A stretch of DNA of 32,000 nucleotides. Origin: Candidatus Iainarchaeum sp. (GTDB lineage Archaea > Iainarchaeota > Iainarchaeia > Iainarchaeales > JAZDEL01). Under the pieces are notes generated by a model. It saw only the letters and a program-made list of their open reading frames with translations, was not told the origin of the DNA and made no database searches. The DNA lies in NCBI GenBank assembly GCA_043808785.1, contig JAZDEL010000010.1:60001-92000 (forward strand). Reading direction: 5' to 3'. A program made the position numbers and the translations under genes. Shown here piece after piece: positions 17,650 to 24,921 of this stretch (position 1 is the stretch's first letter; every line of letters starts with the position of its first letter).

Positions 17650-17725
17650 CCTATCTTCAGGGGGCTTCTGCCGCGCTTTGCTAACCCGAACCCGCCTATT
17701 GTGTTTTTTGCAGGCTTCGGGGGGG

Positions 17726-18364
17726 CTACTTCTTCCCCTTTTTCGCCTTCGCAGCCTTGGGTTTCTTCGCGGGCTTCTCCCTCTTCCCTTTCCCCGCACC
17801 TTTCCCCTCCCCTTTGGCAGGCTTCTCCCTGTTGACGCCCCTTATCAGTTCCGCTGCCTTCCTGAGCCCCCTGCGCAGGAATTCCTCGCGCTTTGCGCCC
17901 GCGCAGATTAACTTTCCGTTCTTGAAAAGCAGGAGCGTGAGTTTCGGCTCGGTTATGCGCAGAATCGCCCCGGGAAACTGCTCCGGCTCGTACTCCACGT
18001 TGTCCAATTGCATCGCTGTCTTGAACAAATCAAGCGTCATGTTCAGGTTCGCCGTGGCGACAAGGTTCACGACATTGTACTCGACATTCTTCTGAATCTT
18101 TACGTCCTTCTGAATTTCATTTATTAATTTGCTCGCCTTGTAAACCGCAAGCGAAATCTCCTTTTCGCTGGAAGCGCCGGAACATATGATTTTGCCGTTC
18201 TTGAAAAGGAGCATCGAAACCTTGGGCTCCTTGAGTTTCAAAATCGCCCCGGGAAACTGCTCGGGCTCGTACTCTATGTTCGGGATTGTTACCGCCAGAT
18301 TGTACAAATCAAGGGTTGCGTGCAAATTAGCGCTCGCAACAAGGTTAACGATATTATACTGCAT
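17726..18364 (-). CDS. tbp: TATA-box binding protein with a C-terminal lysine-rich extension
   Basis: 212-aa ORF with two direct TBP repeats (NIVNLVASANL...EYEPEQFPGAILKL...LLFKNGKIICSGA and NVVNLVATANL...EYEPEQFPGAILRI...LLFKNGKLICAGA). About 36 residues of K/G/A/P-rich tail follow. Confidence 0.9.
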   Translation of the reverse strand: MQYNIVNLVASANLHATLDLYNLAVTIPNIEYEPEQFPGAILKLKEPKVSMLLFKNGKIICSGASSEKEISLAVYKASKLINEIQKDVKIQKNVEYNVVNLVATANLNMTLDLFKTAMQLDNVEYEPEQFPGAILRITEPKLTLLLFKNGKLICAGAKREEFLRRGLRKAAELIRGVNREKPAKGEGKGAGKGKREKPAKKPKAAKAKKGKK

Positions 18365-18563
18365 AAAAATAACACCCTCCTTTCATTCCGCCCCTTTTTC
18401 CTGCTTTTTCCGCTTGCCTTGTTTTTAAACCCTTTTTAAAGGCGGGTTTTTCATATATAAAGGGCAAACAAAGATTTAAAAAGGCATTTAAAAAGGGGGA
18501 ATAAACCCGCCCCTGTCCCTTGCCAAAACCCGCCAAAGCCCCCATTTTCGCCCCCGAAAAAAA

Positions 18564-18576
18564 GTATATATATAAG
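18564..18576 (+). promoter_or_regulatory. TATA-like element upstream of the eL21 gene
   Basis: GTATATATATAAG lies about 60 nt upstream of the ATG at 18637. It is the strongest TATA run on the + strand of this divergent intergenic region. Confidence 0.4.
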
Positions 18577-18636
18577 CATTTCCGCGCAGACTGATATATT
18601 TCAATCAGTTTTGGCTAGGCGGATAAGGCGATAATT

Positions 18637-18996
18637 ATGGCGAGCAAGAAGGCGAAGGGAAAGCGCGCAAAGAGCAGGGATAAGGGCAAGAGGCGCCGTA
18701 CCCGTGCAACCGTAAACAAGAAACTGCGCAATTTCCGCAAGGGCTGCAAGGTTACTCTTATGATAGACAGTTCAATCCACTCAGGCATGCCGCCAATGCG
18801 CTACCACGGGCTGACAGGGACTGTACAGGGCAAGCGCGGTTCGGTTTTCCTTATAGAGCTCAAGGACGGCAACCTCTCCAAATTCCTGCTCGTGCACCCC
18901 GCGCACCTGAACGCGGCAAAGGCCGGCGGCAGCCCCGTGAAGGCGCCGGATGGCACCACGGCGGGGCCCGGGATTGGGAGCGAATTCGCCGCATAG
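18637..18996 (+). CDS. rpl21e: 50S ribosomal protein eL21 (L21e)
   Basis: 119-aa basic ORF. The core (FRKGCKVTLMIDSSIHSGMPPMRYHGLTGTVQGKRGSVFLIEL...K.LLVHPAHL) fits the L21e SH3-like fold pattern. It heads the conserved archaeal rpl21e-rpoF-DUF655-ksgA block. Confidence 0.8.
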   Translation: MASKKAKGKRAKSRDKGKRRRTRATVNKKLRNFRKGCKVTLMIDSSIHSGMPPMRYHGLTGTVQGKRGSVFLIELKDGNLSKFLLVHPAHLNAAKAGGSPVKAPDGTTAGPGIGSEFAA

Positions 18997-19074
18997 GGGG
19001 AAATTTTCTTTTTCGCAACTGAGGCATGCTTGGCACTGCAGGAAAAATGCAAACGCGCAAACGGAGGCACTCAC

Positions 19075-19410
19075 ATGATAGGGAAAAAAATGAACAGCAG
19101 CAGGGATATACCCCTTTACGAGGTAAAGGAACTGCTCAAGGAGCGTGTTGAAGCAGGCGAACCCACCTATGAGCAGAGCCTGACTTACGATTATGTGAAG
19201 AAGTTCTCGAAACTTACAGAGTCCAAAGGCGGGAAGCTCATCGCGGAACTGAAGAAATCGCACGCGGTTTCCGACGAGCTTGCGATAAAGATTGCGGACC
19301 TGCTGCCAGACAACGCCGAGAGGCTCAAACTGCTGATTCCCAAAGAGGGTTCCTTAGACGATGCAGCGCTTGAAGGCATAGTAAAAACCGTGGAGAAATA
19401 CCGCAAATAA
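19075..19410 (+). CDS. rpoF: DNA-directed RNA polymerase subunit Rpo4 (RpoF)
   Basis: ORF 19030..19410 trimmed to ATG 19075 (MIGKK...), which is preceded by GGAGG at 19062-19066. The sequence parallels archaeal RpoF (MIGRK..., EAKELL, YDYVKKFSKL, IADLLP). Confidence 0.75.
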   Translation: MIGKKMNSSRDIPLYEVKELLKERVEAGEPTYEQSLTYDYVKKFSKLTESKGGKLIAELKKSHAVSDELAIKIADLLPDNAERLKLLIPKEGSLDDAALEGIVKTVEKYRK

Positions 19411-19435
19411 TTTTGCAGGTTTTGGGGGATTTCCC

Positions 19436-20065
19436 GTGAAGGCGGAAGAATACGCTATTGTGCTCGATTACCTGCCGCGCGGCAAGTCCTCCGCGCACAA
19501 GAGCGAGCCGATTGCCCAGGTTCTGGGCACGGAATACTTCACGTTCCTTGAGGTTGTTCCCAAGGAGGGCGTGGAACTCAAGGGCATGGAAAAGGTTTAT
19601 GTCGGCAAGGAGAACCGCGACAAGATAGATTTCATACGCAGGCGCATAGGTTTTTCAGACCTCACATCAAACTCGGTTTCGGAAGTGGAGAAAGCCGTTG
19701 AAATGCTTGTAAGGGAGAACGAGGCGAAGTTTGTCGCGTTCTTCAACAACGCCCAGCCCATAACCCTGAAGCGCCACCAGTTCGAACTCCTGCCTGGCCT
19801 GGGAAAGAAGCACATGCTCGCCCTGGTGCAGGAGCGCGAGAGGGAACCTTTCAAATCATACAAGGATATCGAGGAGCGCGTGCGCCTCATGCCCAACCCG
19901 GTGAAAACCCTTATAAGGCGCATAATGGAGGAACTCGAGGGAGAGGAGGAGAAGCACTACCTCTTTGCGCGCCCTCCCGCACTCGAGCGCGACCAGGGCA
20001 GGTTCGGGGATAGGGAAGGGTTCGGAGCGCGCAGGCAGTTCGTGAAGCCGGCGGAGCAGGCGTAA
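19436..20065 (+). CDS. DUF655-family protein (predicted RNA/nucleic-acid-binding, OB + HhH)
   Basis: 209-aa ORF with a GTG start. EEYAIVLDYLPRGK...AQVLG..YFTLLE and a C-terminal RHQFELLPGLGKKHM helix-hairpin-helix are typical DUF655 features. Its position between rpoF and ksgA is conserved in archaea. Confidence 0.8.
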   Translation: MKAEEYAIVLDYLPRGKSSAHKSEPIAQVLGTEYFTFLEVVPKEGVELKGMEKVYVGKENRDKIDFIRRRIGFSDLTSNSVSEVEKAVEMLVRENEAKFVAFFNNAQPITLKRHQFELLPGLGKKHMLALVQEREREPFKSYKDIEERVRLMPNPVKTLIRRIMEELEGEEEKHYLFARPPALERDQGRFGDREGFGARRQFVKPAEQA

Positions 20066-20164
20066 TTCCTGCCACTTCTGCAAAGCGGAAAACAATTAAG
20101 CGCCCTTCATTGCCCCCGCTTCCCCGCTGAAAACAATTAAAATACCGCCGCCACATATTCCCAT

Positions 20165-20998
20165 ATGCCCTCCCTTTTTCAGGAACTCAACAGCCTCATG
20201 GTGAAGCACGGCTTCAAGCCCAACAGGCGGATGGGGCAGAATTTCATTATAGAGGAGAAAATAATCGGGCGCATGCTCGAGGCGGCGCACCTGCATGCAG
20301 GGGACACGGTTCTCGAAATCGGTGCGGGCACCGGCTTCCTCACGCGCGAACTGCTGAAGAACGCGAAGGTTGTTGCCGTGGAGCTGGACGAAACGCTCTG
20401 TGCGGTGCTCTCCGAAACCCTCGGTCAGAACCCGAACTTCACGCTTATCTGCGGCGATTTCCTCAATGCGCAGCTGCCTCCCTTTGCCAAAATCGTTTCC
20501 CTCCCTCCCTATGCGATTTCCTCGGGCCTCATTTACCGCCTCTCGGAACTCGAATTCGAATTTGCCCTTCTCGTTTTCCAGCGCGAATTTGCGAACAAGC
20601 TCACTGCCGAACCCGGCTTCATGGAATACGGCACAATTTCCGTTGCCGCGAATTATTTCTTCGAGCCGCAAATAATAATCGGCAACATTTCTCCCGCCTG
20701 CTTTTTTCCCAAGCCGAATTCCTTCTCCTCGCTCGTGAAGTTAACGCCGAAAAAGCGCTTCGGAAAGGCGCGCAACGAAAAAATGTTCCTCAAGTTCGTG
20801 AAATCCGTTTTCAGGTACAAGAACAAGAACCTCAGGAACGCGCTGGACAAGGCTTACCCGTTCTTTGCGAAGGAATGCAAAATCGGCGCGGAAAAGTTCT
20901 CCGCGCTTGTGGACTCCCTTGAACACAAGGACGAAAAGGTGTGCTTCCTGCCCGTGGGGAGCTTTGTGGAAATTTCGAATAAATTGTTCCCCAAATGA
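20165..20998 (+). CDS. rsmA: 16S rRNA (adenine-N6,N6)-dimethyltransferase KsgA/RsmA (Dim1 homologue)
   Basis: 277-aa ORF. RMGQNFIIEEKII, SAM motif VLEIGAGTGFLTREL and SLPPYAISS (NLPY-type motif) are diagnostic. Confidence 0.85.
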   Translation: MPSLFQELNSLMVKHGFKPNRRMGQNFIIEEKIIGRMLEAAHLHAGDTVLEIGAGTGFLTRELLKNAKVVAVELDETLCAVLSETLGQNPNFTLICGDFLNAQLPPFAKIVSLPPYAISSGLIYRLSELEFEFALLVFQREFANKLTAEPGFMEYGTISVAANYFFEPQIIIGNISPACFFPKPNSFSSLVKLTPKKRFGKARNEKMFLKFVKSVFRYKNKNLRNALDKAYPFFAKECKIGAEKFSALVDSLEHKDEKVCFLPVGSFVEISNKLFPK

Positions 20999-21058
20999 AC
21001 CCGCAAAAAAATCAGGCGAACCTTTCGGGCACAGTTTTCCGGGTTTCCGCAGGCTTGC

Positions 21059-22576
21059 TTACGCGAACCTTTCCAGCACCATCTTCTCCATCTCCACCGG
21101 CTGGTTTACCTTTGCATAACTTACCGCAATCTCGAGGCGCCTCTTGTTTGTTGCGTAAATCTCGAAAAGCAGCGCGTTCTTCTGTATCTGCAGGTCCTCC
21201 CTCACTTTTAGGAGGACGCCCGCCTTCTTGTCCGCGGGCGCGCCCGCGAGCCTGGCAATGGTGTTCAGGGTTTTAACATTTACCTTCTTTATCTCCCCCG
21301 CCGCCTGCGCGGTGATGGCTTCCTTGTATTTCCCGATTTCTATGTCCTCGGACCTGAAAATGGTGCCGTGCTGCGCCTTTATTATCTCCTTCATTTTCGC
21401 GAGCGCCTTTCCGCTTGTGAGTATCTCCTTTGCCTTTGCATAGCCCTTGCCAACAGGTGCGCCACCTGCCATCTCAATGAGAACTCCCGCAAGTTCGCAG
21501 CTTTTATCCGCAAGGTTGTCAAACCTTTTCCCCTCGAGGATTTCCATAAGCCATTTCGCCTCAAGCGCGGGGCCGAAAGCCATTCCGCAAGGCTCTGTTC
21601 CGTCCGTTAGTATCGCCTCTACTTTTATTCCCATTGCCTTCCCGACCTCGAGGAACTTCAGTGCCATGCTCTCGGCCTGCTCCTTTGATTTCACCTTCAT
21701 GTCCGGCCCCACAGGCAGGTCAATCACAACAAATTTCGCCCCCACGGATGCCTTTTTCGCCATTACCGAGGCCACAACCTGCCCTTCGGGATCCAGAAGC
21801 AGGGGGTGCTCTATCTTGATTATTTTATCGTCCGCAGGCGCGAGCTCGACAGCCCCGCCCCATGCAATAACCCCCCCGACCTTCTCGGTTATCTGCTTTA
21901 TCTCCGCGAGGGGAAGTGAAACATTGCACATCACTTCCATCGCATCCGCGGTTCCCGCTGCCGAGGTTATCGAGCGCGAGGAAGTTTTCGGCATATTGTA
22001 GCCCGCAGCCGCGATTATGGGCACAATCGCCATTGTTGTCCTGCCGTTCAGCCCCCCTATGCTGTGCTTGTCAACACACAATCCCTTTATTTCAAGTGTT
22101 TTGCCGTTCTCCACAAGCGCCTTTGTCATTGAAACCGATTCATCGAGATCGAAGCCGTTTACGTAAACCGCGGAAACGAACGCGGCAGCCTCCACTTCGC
22201 TCAGCCTGTTCTCCGCAAGGTCATTGACAATCTCCTTTATCTCCGCAAACTTCAGTTTCCTGCCGTCCAGTTTCGCCTTTATGTATTCCACGCTCTTCGG
22301 CTTGTCCACAACAGTAACCTCGACCCTCTTTCCGCCCTTCGTGCCGAGGAACCTGCTCACGTCCCTGAACATCCCGATTTCGTCCTTCTTCACCATTGTT
22401 TCCGTGAAATCGACAACCGTGTTCATGCACTTCCCGTTCTTGGGGTTTGCAATAGAAACCCTGTCCAGCGGCAGTATTCCGAGCTCCTTCGCGGTCTGGC
22501 TGTTCATTATGGAGACCATCTTTCCGGAGGCTATGTCAATGCTCCTCACGCGCATGATTTTCGTGTACTGCTCCAT
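21059..22576 (-). CDS. deoA: AMP phosphorylase (archaeal thymidine-phosphorylase family, DeoA-type)
   Basis: About 505 aa. It has an archaeal-type N-terminal extension domain (RVRSIDIASGKMVSIMNSQTAKELGILPLDRVSI). The glycosyl-transferase family 3 core follows (DKHSIGG, TSSRSITSAAGTAD). Start placed at ATG 22576 rather than GTG 22588, because the TTAAATAC element (22607-22614) then sits about 30 nt upstream. Confidence 0.8.
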   Translation of the reverse strand: MEQYTKIMRVRSIDIASGKMVSIMNSQTAKELGILPLDRVSIANPKNGKCMNTVVDFTETMVKKDEIGMFRDVSRFLGTKGGKRVEVTVVDKPKSVEYIKAKLDGRKLKFAEIKEIVNDLAENRLSEVEAAAFVSAVYVNGFDLDESVSMTKALVENGKTLEIKGLCVDKHSIGGLNGRTTMAIVPIIAAAGYNMPKTSSRSITSAAGTADAMEVMCNVSLPLAEIKQITEKVGGVIAWGGAVELAPADDKIIKIEHPLLLDPEGQVVASVMAKKASVGAKFVVIDLPVGPDMKVKSKEQAESMALKFLEVGKAMGIKVEAILTDGTEPCGMAFGPALEAKWLMEILEGKRFDNLADKSCELAGVLIEMAGGAPVGKGYAKAKEILTSGKALAKMKEIIKAQHGTIFRSEDIEIGKYKEAITAQAAGEIKKVNVKTLNTIARLAGAPADKKAGVLLKVREDLQIQKNALLFEIYATNKRRLEIAVSYAKVNQPVEMEKMVLERFA

Positions 22577-22659
22577 TTTCCCGCCCACAATAGAACGGTT
22601 TTTTTGTATTTAACCTTAATGGTTTGCCCCTTGGTGTGCGCAAAAAATAACAAAAACAA

Positions 22660-22682
22660 AAACCGCGGGTTTCCCGCGGTTT
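22660..22682 (-). terminator. Perfect 10-bp hairpin followed (on the minus strand) by a T-rich tract
   Basis: AAACCGCGGG-TTT-CCCGCGGTTT. On the minus strand it is followed by TTTTGTTTTTGTTATTTTTT (22630-22659). It lies about 57 nt downstream of the small ORF stop at 22740 and upstream of the deoA promoter. Confidence 0.45.
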
Positions 22683-22739
22683 GCGGAAACTGCGAACCAC
22701 GGGTTTGTAAGGAGGGTTGCAAGGCGCGGTTAATCACAA

Positions 22740-22886
22740 CTACTTCCTGAAATACCATGCCGCCAGAATCGCAATCACCGCGACCAGAATAAGCCATGAA
22801 TAAATATTCCAGTCAATCATTGCAGTAAAAAGCAGAAGAACCACCGCCGCAGTCGTCAGGATGTGGTCTTTTGTAAAGTTGGCCAT
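22740..22886 (-). CDS. Small hypothetical membrane protein (48 aa, two hydrophobic segments)
   Basis: This ORF is not in the track because it is under 60 aa. I translated it by hand: MANFTKDHILTTAAVVLLLFTAMIDWNIYSWLILVAVIAILAAWYFRK. It has an ATG start and TAG stop, sits in an otherwise empty 520-nt gap, and has a terminator-like hairpin downstream. Confidence 0.35.
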   Translation of the reverse strand: MANFTKDHILTTAAVVLLLFTAMIDWNIYSWLILVAVIAILAAWYFRK

Positions 22887-23109
22887 GCACACTTATATGG
22901 CTTGGCGGAATTTAAATTTTGCGGCAGTGGCGGTTTCCCGCGGTTTGGCAAAGCCCCGCACAGCCACGCACACAGCGTGATTTTCGCGAAGCGAAAATCC
23001 TTCTTTTCCCCAGGCTTTTCTTGCAAAGAAAAGGCTGCCCGAAACCTTTATATTAAGAAACTTCGTTAATTACCGTAAATATGGGTTTTTTATAAAGCGG
23101 GGCGGAAGC

Positions 23110-23562
23110 ATGAAAGGCAGTTTCAGGATATTGGCAAATGAAAAGAACGTAATCACGGAGCGCGGCGTGAGGGTTTTCATAATGGAGCGCCTCCTTAATT
23201 CCCCGTTCGAAAGGGGCACTGTGCTGAACATTGACGAGAAAACCGTAGAGGTAAGGATGGAAGGCACGAAAAAGCAGATTCTCGAATTTAAAGCCGAGCT
23301 TGAAAAAGAACTTATTGCCAAGTACGGAAACCCGGTTATTTTGTTCACGCCTTTGCAGTCAAATCGCGCGCTGCAACTTCCCGCGCTCATGAGGTCGGGG
23401 CAGGCGCTGGTTCTCGGGCAGCTGAGCAAGGGCGTTGATGTGCAGTTGAAGATTCTGGAGACGCTTACGGGGCAGAAAACAGAATTAGGCAGCCTGCCAG
23501 AAAGGCTGGGAAAAGTCATAGTGGAATACTTAAAATCTGAGCGTCCATCTGCAAAATCTTAA
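23110..23562 (+). CDS. Hypothetical protein (weak acylphosphatase-like alpha/beta pattern in the N-terminal half)
   Basis: 150-aa ORF with balanced composition, unlike its Ser/Cys-rich antisense partner 23070..23519. TATA-like TTTTTTATAAAG lies at 23085-23096. GVRVFI...RGTVLN.DEKTVEVRMEGTKKQILEF loosely resembles acylphosphatase-like domains; this is not confirmed. Confidence 0.5.
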   Translation: MKGSFRILANEKNVITERGVRVFIMERLLNSPFERGTVLNIDEKTVEVRMEGTKKQILEFKAELEKELIAKYGNPVILFTPLQSNRALQLPALMRSGQALVLGQLSKGVDVQLKILETLTGQKTELGSLPERLGKVIVEYLKSERPSAKS

Positions 23563-23563
23563 T

Positions 23564-24277
23564 TCACAATTCCTTCCCCAGTTCTTCCGCCGCCTTCTTC
23601 ATGTCCTTCGCGGCGTAAATCCCGCGCCCGACAATCGCGTGCCAGCTTTCCCCCGCAGCCTTTGCCCCTTCGCTCAGCGAGCCGCCCTGCGCAACAAGGC
23701 CGGGGGAGTAGAGTACAGGTTTTACACCTTTTGCCTCAAGCAGTTCGCGGTACTCGCGGATTTTCTCGGGCTTGTTTCCTGGAACGACAAAATCCTTCAC
23801 GCCGAGTTCAGCGGCAATTTCGTAAATTTTCTTCGGCGCGGCTGGCGCGATGAAACCGCCGTCGCTTTCCAAAAACTTCGGGTGGGTCATTTCCCCCCCG
23901 ACAATTACCCCGAGCCCCGCCTTTTGGCACGCCTTTATCCACGCCCTCTCGGTTTCGGGCCCCGTAAGGGGGAACAAAATCACGGCATCCACGCCCGCCT
24001 TTTTGCAGACGCCCGCAAATTTCTCAGCAACATCGGGAATATCAGTCGCAGCTTTCTGGTGGTCGTAAATTATCGGCTTTTTAGTGTGCTTCCTCGCCGC
24101 TTTCACAACCGCACCCAACCCGTACGCAAGCGCGAGTTCAAACCCGACCTTGTACCCGCCGATTTTTTTTATGTTTGCGGTTTCCTTGACAAGTTTCTCA
24201 AACTGTGCAAGGGTAGGGACGTCGCAGGCAGGGATTATGCTGCGCTCAATGCTGATTATGCTTTTTGCAGCGCACAT
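23564..24277 (-). CDS. pyrF: Orotidine 5'-phosphate decarboxylase
   Basis: ORF 23564..24304 trimmed to ATG 24277, which overlaps the pyrE stop as TAATG. DHQKAATDIPDV (DxKxxDIP), SPGLVAQGG and IVGRGIY are the OMP decarboxylase family blocks. Confidence 0.75.
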   Translation of the reverse strand: MCAAKSIISIERSIIPACDVPTLAQFEKLVKETANIKKIGGYKVGFELALAYGLGAVVKAARKHTKKPIIYDHQKAATDIPDVAEKFAGVCKKAGVDAVILFPLTGPETERAWIKACQKAGLGVIVGGEMTHPKFLESDGGFIAPAAPKKIYEIAAELGVKDFVVPGNKPEKIREYRELLEAKGVKPVLYSPGLVAQGGSLSEGAKAAGESWHAIVGRGIYAAKDMKKAAEELGKEL

Positions 24278-24921
24278 TATTTCCCCTCCTCCCCCTCCTG
24301 CCACTTCTGCGGGTTTTTGAAGTACTCGGCTGCGCTTTTGTACTCCTCCCCCGAAAGTTTCCCCGCCTTGTGCAGTTCCTCTAAGAGTTCCCCCACAGCG
24401 AGAACTGAATGCAGTTTGTAACCCCGCTCCGCTAACTGTTCCTTCCCCCCCTGCCCCCTGTCGACAAGCACGATAACATCCTTCACAACAAGCCCCGCTC
24501 CCTTGAGCACTTCAATAGCCTCGAACTTGCTTTCCGCAGTGGTTATCAAATCGTCGCAGAGCAGGATCGTTTCCCCTTTTTTGAAAACACCCTCTATCCC
24601 CTGCCCCGTGCCGTAATCCTTCCTCTCCTTGCGCGGGTAAATCATGGGCACGTTCGCCTCGAGGCTGAACGCGGTGGCAATCGGCAGCGCGGCATAAGGA
24701 ACCCCCGCAACCCTGTCGAACTTAAGTTTGTTTTTTTTCGCGAGCGCATCGAATTCCTTTGCAACCAGCCCCAAAGTTTTCGGGTATGAAACAAGCAGGC
24801 GCAGGTCGAGGTATATCGGGCTTTTCAAACCCGATTTAAGGGTGAACAAACCAAACTTCACGGCTCCTATTTTGTGCAATTCGATGCAGAGGTTTTTTTT
24901 GTTGTCCTTAACCATACACAA
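24277..24921 (-). CDS. pyrE: Orotate phosphoribosyltransferase
   Basis: 214-aa ORF. VKFGLFTLKSGLKSPIYLDLR and the PRPP loop ILLCDDLITTAES, then VLVDRGQGG, resemble the UMP-synthase-type OPRTase lineage. Confidence 0.85.
   Translation of the reverse strand: MCMVKDNKKNLCIELHKIGAVKFGLFTLKSGLKSPIYLDLRLLVSYPKTLGLVAKEFDALAKKNKLKFDRVAGVPYAALPIATAFSLEANVPMIYPRKERKDYGTGQGIEGVFKKGETILLCDDLITTAESKFEAIEVLKGAGLVVKDVIVLVDRGQGGKEQLAERGYKLHSVLAVGELLEELHKAGKLSGEEYKSAAEYFKNPQKWQEGEEGK

Noticed and set aside
20096-20671. 191-aa minus-strand ORF antisense to ksgA; likewise 19597-19923 and 19856-20156 antisense to DUF655.
   Set aside because: The sense-strand genes have diagnostic motifs and conserved synteny. 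The antisense translations are low-complexity.
22863-23069. 68-aa + strand ORF in the deoA to 23110 intergenic region, and the 83-aa minus-strand ORF 22546-22797.
   Set aside because: The first spans the two hairpins and the TATA-like boxes and has an odd Cys/His/Phe-rich composition. The second overlaps the deoA start and the terminator hairpin. The hand-found 48-aa ORF explains the gap better.
23070-23519. 149-aa minus-strand ORF fully antisense to the 23110-23562 gene.
   Set aside because: It is Ser/Cys/Phe-rich with no charged helices, whereas the + strand product has balanced, protein-like composition and an upstream TATA-like box.
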